Assembly: GCF_004010195.1 (NCBI RefSeq)
Contig: NC_057719.1
Location: 78,101,929-78,149,860, forward strand
Source of the DNA: Chiloscyllium plagiosum
Taxonomy: Eukaryota
DNA length: 47,932 nucleotides
Reading direction: 5' to 3'
Shown here one piece after another: positions 36,268-46,962 of the stretch (positions are counted from its first letter, which is position 1; every line of letters starts with the position of its first letter). The notes below the pieces were generated by a model. It ran no database searches, had not been told where the DNA came from, and was given only the letters and a program-made list of their open reading frames with translations. The position numbers were made by a program, and so were the translations under genes.

Positions 36268-38002
36268 TACTGTTGCTTGGTACTTCATCAATGAACACCA
36301 ATAAAATTAGTCAAACAGGGTTTCCTTTTCACAAAACCATGTTGACTCTGCCTGATTGCATTAAGGTATTCTAATTACCCTACTGTAACCTTCTTAATGA
36401 AAAGTTCCTGCAATTTCCATATGACAGATGTTAGGCTGCTTGGAGAGTGGTTTTCTGCTTTTTGTCTCCTATTTTGAATAGAGAAATTGCATTTTCTGGG
36501 ACCTTTACAGAATCCATTGCATTTTCAGAAATGATAAGCAATTGTAATCACTTTCTCACCAATTAAAACCAAGCTAAGCTGATTCCAGGTCAATACTAAC
36601 TAAACCACTATTGTGGCAAAGTGTTTGGCATAAATTAATAAAGGCAGAACATTATGAATGAATTTGTAGCTAGTTTAGGAAATAGCAACCACATCTGCTG
36701 TGTTTGGTACAATCTCTTCTGTCTCAATGTGAGACCTTGTATAAATAAACAGTTCGTTGTGCTCAGTGGAGATGCTTTCCACATCCTATAAACATATGAC
36801 ATGACAGAAATAATTAATATTAATCTCCCGGCTTCTATTTGTATGCAATTATGGTCAATTGAAACTGAAAATCTGGTCTGGCTGTGAGAGCTTTGAAAGC
36901 CTCAGTCTTTTTTTGAATCAGATTCAATCAAGTGTCCATCCTTTGAACTGGATATGAATATTTTAGAAGCCAGGTTGTTTAATTTGTGAGTCTGTCAGGA
37001 GCAGAATGGTTTTGCCAGGATGAATGTGATTATATCTTGCCTAGTTATTCGACAGGTATGCAATCCTGGGGAGATCTTAGGAACAGTGTTCGGTCTGATG
37101 TTATCGTGGTCATTATGTCCTGTCGTGTCTTGAAACCTGGTTTGGTTGATTTTTTTTCTTCTGTGCTGCAAGACTTCTTTTAGCTTCCCAAATTTGAAAG
37201 GGAAAGATGTACCATCCATTCAGGTCAATATGCTCAGACAAAATTCCACATAGAAATGTGTGGCTGAATATTCTAAAATGAATGTTTTTTGGAAAAAATA
37301 GGCAATAAGGAAATTCTCAACTTTGAGAGCAAAATGTTGAATTCTGCAACCAAGTGACATGGGAATCTTGCTAGTGAGCAGTGAGAGACCTACTTGTATT
37401 TATTTGCATACATTCGCATGTCCTTAATAGTTCATTTTGCTTCATTGATATGCAGTTCCCTATTGTCCCAACCGCTGGATAGAAATTAGATGGAAACAAT
37501 TCCTGACTTGAAAGTCAGAGCGGGGTACCTGGTAAATCCAGCACTCCTCTGGCCGTCCATCTTGGACAGCAGTCACCGACATCTCAGGGCATGCACTGTG
37601 GGCAGCAACTGTCCGCACATCCATCTATGTATATCAGTATCAGACAGATAGTAGCCTGACTCCAATCTGCTTACAATACTTTTGTACCTCAATGCTGTAC
37701 ATTAGAGTCCACCAGCACTTTTCATTTGAATGTTGAGCCAGGGCACTTTGCACACAGGAACCTACACCCAGTTCATGGTTTGGACCAAGGTATATCGCAG
37801 GACACCTCGCTTGCCCTCGAAACACTCCCTTTGCACCCATTTCAATGCTCACAGCATCCCTTCCCCATCAACGTTTTTCCTGAACCCCCTCGGCCAGAGC
37901 TCAGAGATTCACAATACGCCTGACTTGACTTTTACTGCAAACACAAAGTCAGGCAGCTTGTCATGGTTGTCAGCTGTGATCAGTCAAAAGGGTGGTCAGC
38001 TT

Positions 38003-38280
38003 CACAGATGTAAAGTGACCTGCAAAAGATGCAAGGATGAGGTGAGGGGAAACTTTGTTTTTCATTCAGTGAGTGGTGAGGGTATGGAATGCACATCCTG
38101 GAAGTGTGGTGCAGGAGCGTTCAGTTGAGGCTTTCAAGAGGATGTTGAGTGATAATTTGGATAGAATCAATGTGCAAGGGTATCAGGAAAAAGCAGGAGA
38201 TTGGCACTAAGGAGCAATGCTTATTTAACAAGCTAGTACAATGGTCTCCTGCATTGTAACACTCCTGTGTTTCTGTGACC
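38003..38280 (+). mobile_element. Old CR1 3' fragment
   Basis: HRCKVTCKRCKDEVRGNF..gtggtgagggtatggaatgcacatcctggaagtgtggt..ttcaagagg. Confidence 0.7.
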
Positions 38281-38454
38281 TATTCACAATACATCACTGT
38301 GTGATTGTTATAATCTAATATAGTCAGGTGGAATGAGGGAACAAGCGATCGATATATTAATTAAAGATTAATTGGGTGAGAATTGATTGTATAAATATTG
38401 GGAGTTGCTAAGCAATGGGGTGTGACTTTTATGCATTGTGAGTGGTATATTGGG

Positions 38455-38768
38455 AGGTGATGGGACAGTGGTAATGTCGCTGGGCTGGTAATGCAGACTA
38501 ATGCTCCAGGATCAAATGTTTGAGTCATACCGTGGAGGATGGTGTAATTTAAATAAAAATCTGTCATTAGAAGACTCTTCTAGCTGAATGGTGACTGTGT
38601 AATCAGTTCAGATTGTTGTAAAAACCCATCTGGTTCACAAATACCCTTTTTGGAAGGAAATCTGCCATCCTTACCTGGTCTAGCCAACATCTTAACTGCC
38701 CTTTGAGTAATTAGGGATGTGTAATAAATGCTGGAGCAGCCTACAGTACCCACACCCCCTGAATGATA
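38455..38768 (+). mobile_element. tRNA-derived SINE with LINE-type tail
   Basis: Head cagtggtaatgtcgctgggctggtaat; body aaaacccatctggttcac..ggaaggaaatctgccatccttacctggtct; tail attagggatg..taataaatgctgg..cccaca. Confidence 0.72.
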
Positions 38769-39869
38769 ATAAATTCTGCATGAAGACAGCTAAGTTTTGG
38801 ACTTCATCACCATATCAATCTCACACCTAAGTAGGAAACACATGGCACGTCCATTAACCGAATGGTCAAATATTGAAGTTTAAGGGGAGTAATCCTCAGA
38901 CAAGTCAAGGGGACATGGTATTGTTGGTCAAGGGCAGCCTCTGATATCAGTCCAGGGGTTTGGCCACAGTCAGTGGATCAGAAGGGTCACGGTTTGGGAG
39001 TCCATATCAATGCAAAGCTGCACCAGTGTAGGTCCTAGTGCAACCAGTCCAGGGAGTTGTGGTACGTCAGCTGAGGAGTTGCACAGACAGCAGTCAGGGC
39101 TCTGGTCACTCGTCAGTCAGGGCTGTCTGTCCAACTCAGTCACTGGGCTGGGACACAGTCAGTCGTTAAGAATTAAGGGGAGATTATCAATGGCTGATGC
39201 TGTGGGATGGAAGCTGAGAACTCAGTTGTGGAGATTGGAGACAGCATACTGGAATGAAAGTCAGAGCAGGTACCTGGTAAATCCAGCACTCCTCTGGCCG
39301 TCCATCTTGGACAGCAGTCACTGACATCTCAGGGCAGTATTGAAGTAAAGGGGAGACAACTCAATGCATTAGTTGGGGAGGTGATAGACAAGGAAGGGAA
39401 AGAGGTAGTATAGGGTGGGATGTCACTGCCGTTCAGGTTTTGACAGGAGAACAGTCACTACCGCATCTGGCATGATGCCGTGATGTGGCCTGGGATTCAG
39501 AAAGTAAATTGAGGAGATGATCAGGTAAATTGATTGTTCAGGCTCATGGGAAAGACCAAAACAGACAAAGTTGACGGAGAGGGCTACCGAGAAGTGAATA
39601 TGGAGACAAAGACAAGATGGCTGACGCTGTGGCTCAGCATGTGAAGTGCAACCATTGTTCACTTCCATTGTGCTGTGAATAATAAATGCAAAATGAGATG
39701 AAAATGGCTGTCACCACTGCTTATCCCCCAATCCCCCACCCACAACAACCCCCCCTCACTTCCCATGATGGGTGAGGTTGGTGATTATTGAGGAAGGGAG
39801 CTCCATTTTTGAATGATGTGAGGCTCTTCAAAGGGCAATAGCATTATGCAGTGCAGTGAACACATGCCT

Positions 39870-40733
39870 TTGGGCTTCATGCTGCATGAACCTTAGACAT
39901 TGACTTACTGCATGGTATATAAATCCTGACTCCATGCACTATGTGCATATTCAGTAACCCCTGAGGGTACTGGACCTGGATTTCCATGGCAGCTGCCAGC
40001 CTGTCCAAGGACGCAGCCAGACAGCTGCATGGCAACACAGTGCAAATAGCATTGATGAAGTCTTCCAACCTTTGTGCCAGTTTCCCCAATGCCTCCAACA
40101 AACCTGCCTATAGCCAGGAGAAACCACCTCTTGGCATGTATCCTGTTAATTCCCACTTCAGTGGAATTTATTTAACTTTATCTCTATGTGAGTCCTGAAA
40201 TTCTAAAGTGGATATTGGGTAAGTTGGTGTGATAGTTAAAAGGGTAAATGCTGGTGGTGGTAGGTATGTGTGCATGAGTTAACACTAACATTACACAGGG
40301 CCTACAGGATTTGGGATGAGGGGCTGAAGTTGGGCTGGAGAGTGTGAGTAGAAATGGAAATGGGAAGGGATACAAATGATGGCATGAAAGCTATGAAAAG
40401 CCATAGTGTTTGGGTGAGGGCACAGTTGGACACCAATCGACATGGATGGGGAAATGAGGGGATTGGAGGCTTGAGGGTTTATTGCTTTCCAGAAAAGAAT
40501 AGTTAATAAATGCATTGAGTTGTGACTTTCTCCTAGGCCATCTCCACTTCCGGCAACCTGTGTATTTGTTCTGGAGTCATCTGGCCTGACTAGTGACCCC
40601 ATGTCCCCTTTCCCATCCTGTCCTCCACTGGACTACAAATCCGAACTTTCAGGGTGCTTTACCCCAAGTTTGATTTGCAGAATCAGGGTGTGTCCTTCTC
40701 TGCACTTCTAATCCCCTAGTGAAAATTCAGGCC
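39870..40733 (-). mobile_element. Harbinger/PIF-type transposon relic (accessory Myb/SANT-like ORF region)
   Basis: ORF 39877-40101 LEALGKLAQRLED..SLDRLAAAMEIQVQ resembles the coiled-coil tail of fish/shark Harbinger accessory proteins; terminus-like aaaattcaggcc at 40722-40733. Confidence 0.4.
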
Positions 40734-41029
40734 ACTATTCAGTGGGAAAGGCCTTATTGTTCTTATTGTTGCATATTTTATTACAAGCCAATTATGGTAG
40801 GATTTGGTGTTGGCCAAACTCTTATGGATATGAGGCAGCTAACCCACCCATGAAACAATCCAGCAATCAATTGTAAACAAAAGCAGAAGCAGTGTTGTAG
40901 AATTTTAATGGATGTAAAACTATAAACCCCACAGATTTTTCTAGAAGCAATAATATATGTAAAGGCAATCATGACAGCAGGAAAGATGATTCAATTAAAT
41001 TCAATTAATTCAGCTTCATCACCTAACTA

Positions 41030-41378
41030 TAGAATATAGAAGCCAAACTCTATTACAGCCATGCCGAAAGACTGGTCACATTTTATTCAGAATATTGTGC
41101 CCCACTTTAGTGGCAAATCCAGCGACAATTCACCAGAACAATATCTGGGATGAAGAGAAATTGTCGAGATGGAACACTGCATAATTTTGGATCAAATTTT
41201 CTCGGGTCAAGGAGACTAAGTAGTGGTTTGTCTGAAGTGAGCATTTCAGCGATTCATAATCTTGTGAGTGAAGAATTCTGTCCTTGGACCGAAATGATTG
41301 ATGTCTTATCGGGAAATGGCAGAGCAACTTGAGGGGCTGAATGAACAATTTCTGCTTCTATTATCCAAGGTTCTATGA
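41030..41378 (+). mobile_element. Old CR1 3' fragment
   Basis: gaatatagaagc..gactggtcaca..gaatattgtgcc..ttcaccagaacaatatctgggatga; tail gaatggcagagcaacttgaggggctgaatg-like. Confidence 0.65.
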
Positions 41379-41419
41379 AGCAGCCAGGAGAAACAGCATC
41401 TTGGCATGTATCCTGTTAA

Positions 41420-41915
41420 CGAGTCAATGAATTTTAGCAATCTTAGGCTTATATGTAGTTCAATGAGGTGATGTCTAATTCTTCTAACTGTCAGAGAATA
41501 TATACATTTAGGACAGCTTTTCTTCTTAGGAATCCATCTGGTGAATCTTTACACCCACTTCTAGAAAATTATACTATTCCTTAGATGAGGAAATCAATCT
41601 TACACAGCGCTCCAGGTGTGGTCTCACCAAAACCCTACATAATTGCAGAACTTATTATTTCCAAACCCTCTTGCAATAAAGACTAACACACTTTGGTTGA
41701 ACTGGGAATGACTAAGGAAGTATTTAAAGAGTAGAGAAAATTTGAAACTTTTAAAAGAATCTTAAAACCACAATTTGCTTTCCTAAATGTTTGTTGTCTC
41801 TGCATGTTAACTTTCTGTGCTCTGAAACTTTCCGTGCTCTGAAATACCTCCTAATGCCATCATTTACTAGTCACTCACCTTACAGGAAATATTCAGCTTT
41901 CCTATTCTTCCTTCC
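41420..41915 (-). mobile_element. Old CR1 fragment
   Basis: Reverse: gttttggtgagaccacacctggagcgctgtgt (LVRPHLE.CV motif), catctaaggaatagtata. Confidence 0.65.
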
Positions 41916-42189
41916 CAGAAGTTAAGAGGATTAAAGTTTATGTGTGAAGGCAGGAAATCAGAATTAAAAGAGATAGTTCCAAAATCTACCAGAACAGTAT
42001 TGGCTAGTGTTCCTGAGCATCATTGCCTTTTCCCCTTCCCTGCAGCATAAAGGAGAGGGTGTGCTGTTGTTAGTGAAATAACCCTAGTCTCTAATTTGTG
42101 GAAAAATTAAGTTTGAATTGATGTCCCTAACTATATAAACACCATTGTTTACATATTGAAATAAAATGCGATGAGTAATAAATTGCAAC

Positions 42190-42362
42190 TATAATGTTCC
42201 ATTCGTTTGCATGAGTTGTGTGACCATTTGATCATTTCTGTATAAATCCTGTATAAGGTCTCTTCCCTCACTGACATCTGATGAAGGAGCAGCACTGTGA
42301 AAGCTATTGTTTCCAAAGTAACCCGTTGGAGTATAACCTGGTGTCTTGTGATTTTTGACTAT
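42190..42362 (+). mobile_element. Penelope-like 3' UTR/tail (family C) with hammerhead-like motif
   Basis: CTGATGAaggagcagcactgtGAAAgcta followed by cc.gttggagtataacctggtgtcttgtgattttt. Confidence 0.75.
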
Positions 42363-42789
42363 GGTGAATAACATCATGAGAATGATGAAGGAAAAAGTCA
42401 CACTTCACTTCCAAGTTGCTGTACTTTTGTTTTATCCTGTTTTGGACAAAGGACCGTGTAAAATTGACATGGCAAGGTTACTTTGCAGTTGACCATTTTT
42501 ACTTTTGGACATGACTCTAGTTGACAGAATACAACTGGAAGGGTCGTGTGAGAGTGTTTGAGTCTGATTCTAGTGTCCAATGCTGATGGTTGACTCATTG
42601 ATGTGTAAGTCCTATTCAGAATCACCTTTTAAATGTACTGCTCACATGAATAGGATAAGGAAGAACATTTGAATGGCATTCATATTCATTATTCAGATTG
42701 AGAGCCCTTTCTTTTGCCAAATGAAACTATCGGTCATTTCAATATTGCTTGCATCTGACAGAGAACCATCTTCAAAGGCTATGGTTCAT

Positions 42790-42900
42790 AATCATGGCAA
42801 CTGCAAATTGTGCCACAATCTACAGGAAAGCCAACAGGCCAATGGAAATAAAGTGATTTCTGCCTTACATCATTTTGCCACAGTCTCTTCTAGGAGACCA
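42790..42900 (+). mobile_element. Harbinger (HARBI1-like) transposase N-terminal relic
   Basis: KLCHNLQ...KVISALHHFATVS resembles the Harbinger LC..LQ...KVTAALNFFASGS motif. Confidence 0.45.
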
Positions 42901-43695
42901 GCTGATCCCTTTGAGAAGCATGTAACTTTAGGATTGGAAGACCAAGGGCATTTATCGCTTTTCCTGATTGAAGGAGAAAATCTTTGAGATCTAAGATGCA
43001 GAGCTCCAGGGCATTTCTTCCAAAGGGAAGACCAAGGTGTTACTAGTGGCACTTGTGTAGACTTATATGCTCCTGCTCATTGAAGTACCTCGCGTATGAA
43101 CTGTAAGGGCCTTTATTCAATTGTTATTCACATTTTGTTGACCATTTTCAACAAGTACTACAGTGGTTGCCCAGTGGCAATCACAATGTATATTATTTCA
43201 TGAATGTTCACTCTGCCACCATCATTTCCAGGAAACTTGTAACACCAGTATCCCATATATGATGGGCAGCAAGCTGATCATGCTCAACCAGCCCATGCAC
43301 GTGAGCCTCAGGAAAGTATATCCACCATTAAATATCATTCTGCTATTGGGAAAAAAAACCTCTATATTAAATAATTCAAACTGTGCTAAGAGTTAGACTG
43401 GAAACCAATTTAAAATCATCAGTAGGCCTCACAACTGTTACAAATATAAATAGGTCAGGCCATGTTTTATGCAGGAGAAGGAAGTTTTACATACATTATA
43501 ACTTATCATAAAAGATGGTCATGGAAACAGCCTGTCTCTGCTACATCCCCATGGCAACATCCTGACTATTCAGAATCTGCTGGCATGTCTGAGAATTAAG
43601 ATCGACAGTTAACTGTTCCTGCTGTATCTCCATGTTAATGATGGCCCAAGCAATCAGCATACTGTCCGTTTGTTAAAGTCTATGTCTTATGTCCT

Positions 43696-43729
43696 AGTTC
43701 TGATGAGTCCAAGATGAAAGCTTTTGACT
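43696..43729 (+). ncRNA. Minimal type-I hammerhead ribozyme motif (candidate)
   Basis: AGUU-CUGAUGA-GUC-CAA-GAU-GAAA-GCUU-UU-GACU: both core blocks intact, stem II 3 bp (G-U closing), stem I AGUU/GACU. Confidence 0.55.
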
Positions 43730-44532
43730 TCTTGTCTCCTTTTAGTAATATTGAAGTAGTTACTGGTGAACTGAGAATTGCTTCAATCTTTTATTGAACT
43801 CAGGAACAGTAGAAGCAAAGTTAAGTGCTAATAGGCTGAAGGCAAAAGAAGATTTAAATTAGAGAAGTGATTTTGAGGAAGTACTTTTGAAACATATTCT
43901 GATTTTTAACTGTAAGTGTGAAAAGTGTATAAGACACAATTTGTCTGGGGAGAAAGGTATAAATTGTCTCAACAAAAAAAAGGGAAGAGATCCATTTTGT
44001 TCAAAACAGCAGGAAACTTCCTAGGAAGAAGTAAAAAAGCAGGAATCCTCAACTTTGATTCCTCTAACCATGACTGTTATGTTAATAAGAAATGAAGAAA
44101 GAAATATTCGACAGAGTATGCAACATTTGAAACATTTAAAAGAATATTAAAACCATAATTTAAATGATATTGCTACATTACAGGGTTTCAAAGCTTGAAA
44201 TATTTGTAAATATACAAGTGCATTAGAAAAAAAAGATCCTGTGTAGAAGCAGTGCATACAATTAATATGCTTTAATAGTGATACAAAATTATTTAAGATT
44301 GGTAAACGCATAAAAGCTGGAAAGACATGAGTGTGAATTAATACGACACCATTTCTGAACATGAGACAGGAATATCAAATATAGAAGAAAATTGAAATCA
44401 TACAGATTAAGTTGTGCTGTAATAAATTTCATCAACACATGCAACAAAAACAGAAAACAATACAATTATTCCCCAGTAGACTCAACATCATAAATATTCC
44501 TAACAGAAAATGGAATTGGAATTTATCAAATA

Positions 44533-45180
44533 GGTGGCATCCGTTAGTTCCGCGAGACCATTGATCTGTGCCTGGGAAGTCTTGCTTCAATTGTTGTTGG
44601 TAGAGCAGCGTGTGTTGTGGCTGTAGAGGCCCACATGGGAGTGGCAGTCTCAGCTGCAGTGACTGCACTTGAAGGCACTGTCCTCCTCTATTGTCTTGCT
44701 GCTGATTTTCCAGCGGCTGCGCTTTTCTTCAGCAGTAAGCCTCAGCTTCTCTTCTCTTCTCTTTTCAGACCTCTGCGTAATTCCAGCCTCCAGCAAGAGC
44801 GATTGCTTGCAATGTCCTCCCATCTCTCAACGTTCATGTTAAGTGAGTTCACGTCGTTCTTGCAGACATCATTGAAACGGAGATGGGGCCATACTTGTGC
44901 TCTCTTGTCGGAGGCCATTTCCCCATACAGCAGGTCTTTTGGGATCCTCCGGTCTGACATGCGGTGTACATGGCCCAGCCAATGGGGATGGTGTTGTTGG
45001 AGCAGGGCAAAGAGGCTGTGTATCTGGGCACAGGCCAGGACCTAATTGTTGGTGATTCGGTCAGTCCACTTGATATCCAGGATGCGTCTCAGGCTCCAGG
45101 TCTCTCTGCTGTAAAGCAGTGTGCTGAACACACAGGCACTGTAGACTGCAATCTTGGCGTGTGCCATCAATTTATCAACA
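44533..45180 (-). mobile_element. RTE-clade (BovB-like) LINE 3' fragment
   Basis: AKIAVYSACVFSTLLYSRETW, RILDIKWTD, WLGHVHRMSDRRIPKDLLYGEM, HLRFNDVCKNDV, WEDIASNRSCWR; 3' end ...cggatgccacc. Confidence 0.88.
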
Positions 45181-45189
45181 TTAAAATAT

Positions 45190-45560
45190 AAAAGGCACAC
45201 CAAAACTGAGTGCTAAATCAGAAGTAGGACAATTCAATGCACTACTATTTTCAGTAGGTCCTATAACTGATGATGTTGTAAACTACCAAAAAAAAGATAC
45301 ATACAGTTTTGTTGATATTATAAAAGCCTTGGAAAATTACTGTAACTTCAGAGCAAACAGAATTTTTGAATGGGCAAAATTTAACAGGAGAATCCATAGA
45401 CAACTTAATTAAAGATCTCTACAGATTAGTTGAAATTTGTGATTATGAAATCTTGCAAACATAATTCATAAATGAAAGAATTGTTCATTGTAGGAGTTCT
45501 TGATCAGTTTTATTAGCTACTTTACAAGCCAAGGAAGATTTAACTTTGTTTCCAAGGCAA
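45190..45560 (+). mobile_element. Gypsy gag relic
   Basis: QFNALLFSVGPITDDVV..IIKALENYCNFRANRIFEWAKFNRRI..IKDLYRLVEICDY..INERIV.VGVLD..EDLTL matches the Gypsy gag ERAKFN.R / IRDRIVVG pattern. Confidence 0.75.
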
Positions 45561-45789
45561 CTTTCTTTCTGACATGCATAGAAACAGAGAATGTAGGAGC
45601 AGGAGCAGACTTCAATCTTTTGACCTCAATCCTGAGATGAAAAGAAGCAACAGAAACACCAAAAAGCCATCTTCCTTGGTTTGTAAAGTATCTAGTAAAA
45701 CCATCAAGAACTCCTACAACAAACAATTCTTTCATTTATGAATTCTGTTTGCAAGATTTACCCCCAAGGGATGGCTCTGCTCAAAGGCA

Positions 45790-46032
45790 AGATGTGGAGG
45801 TGGTGGTGTTGGACGGCAGTGGACAAAGTTAAAAATCACACAACACCAGGTTATAGTCCAACTGATTTATTTGGAAGTACTAGCTTTCGGAGCGCTACTC
45901 CTTTCAGGGCGCTACTCCAGGTAACTAAGAGGGCAGGCTCATAAGACACAAAATTTATAGCGAAAGATCACAGTGTCATGCAATTAAAATGATATATTGG
46001 TCAAACCTGGATTGCTGTTAAGATGAAAGACT
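45790..46032 (-). mobile_element. Penelope-like 3' UTR/tail (family C)
   Basis: gttaaaaatcacacaacaccaggttatagtccaac..tttatttggaagtactagctttcggagcgctactcc, reverse of the 42190-42362 family. Confidence 0.8.
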
Positions 46033-46439
46033 TACAGGCAAAGACAGTATCTGGCTACGACAAACGTTTGTTACATCTGAAACAAAATGGGTCTCTTTCA
46101 AGGAAAGTAGGTTTCTGAAAGTTGCAGAACAGCAGATCCATTGATGGGGTACACACATAAAGATATCTACACTGCTGAGAACGCACTTTGATTCATAAAG
46201 TTCCCTGCATTTGGAGATGCACCTCCACTGAAGAAGATACCCAATGCATCCTCAGGGGAAATAAAAGTTCCATTATGACTGTACTTATTTATACTAATCG
46301 ACATCTTGCTCAATTCAAGCTTGATATAGAGTTCTGTATGATAAAGAATTCTCCAGAGGAGAAGTGAAAGAATACTCAAATTCAATCTCAATGTCAACAA
46401 TCCTCAAGCCAATGGCTGACCGATCTTCCAAATTCAAAA

Positions 46440-46889
46440 CAAATGGGGAATGAAAGAAACCACCAGCTTACTTAAATTTGTGAAGTCAGGGACTTAGAGG
46501 TGGGGGCAAGAAGGGATAGTGGTAAATGTTATATATTTCTTTACATCACTATATAATGGCATAACAAAGGGGAACATGCTTGAGGAGAGATGTTGTATGT
46601 GATAATGGATATGAATGGGTTATTCTAAGCTAAGCTAAGCAATACCTTGATATATAACTCAACCACTGGATGGAGAATCAGGCAGATCTGTGCAGTTTGA
46701 ATTTGTGCTGGCAACTATTGGAGGCTGGTGGAGATTCTCATGGAGACCTACTTGCCTTACCTACGTCTTGTTAGCAATGAGTAATATGACAAAGTGTTAA
46801 TGTCATCTGTACATAGTTACTGAGATATAATAAGCCTTTAATAAGTGCTTATTCTGCTGAAATCTCTTCATGGTTCATCCTTCATCACA
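46440..46889 (+). mobile_element. Gypsy pol end, PPT and candidate 3' LTR (46591-46889)
   Basis: KKPPAYLNL* near 46453-46482 (typical pol terminus); purine tract gaggagaga directly before TGTTG at 46591; ends CATCACA at 46889. Confidence 0.55.
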
Positions 46890-46962
46890 AGTCCCGATAC
46901 TAGCTTAAGAAAATGGATTATCAATAACGTTTAACCTTAGATACTAAAGTTTTATTACTACC

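Larger units (their letters stand above)
34410..36545 (-). mobile_element. Decayed CR1 (RT to 3' end), interrupted by three insertions
   Basis: Reverse: RQSQHGFVKGKPCLTNF (about 36300-36355), FQKAFNRV, SGSKW, 3' tail near 34420-34560; inserts at 34822-35027, 35198-35652 and 35962-36267. Confidence 0.78.
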
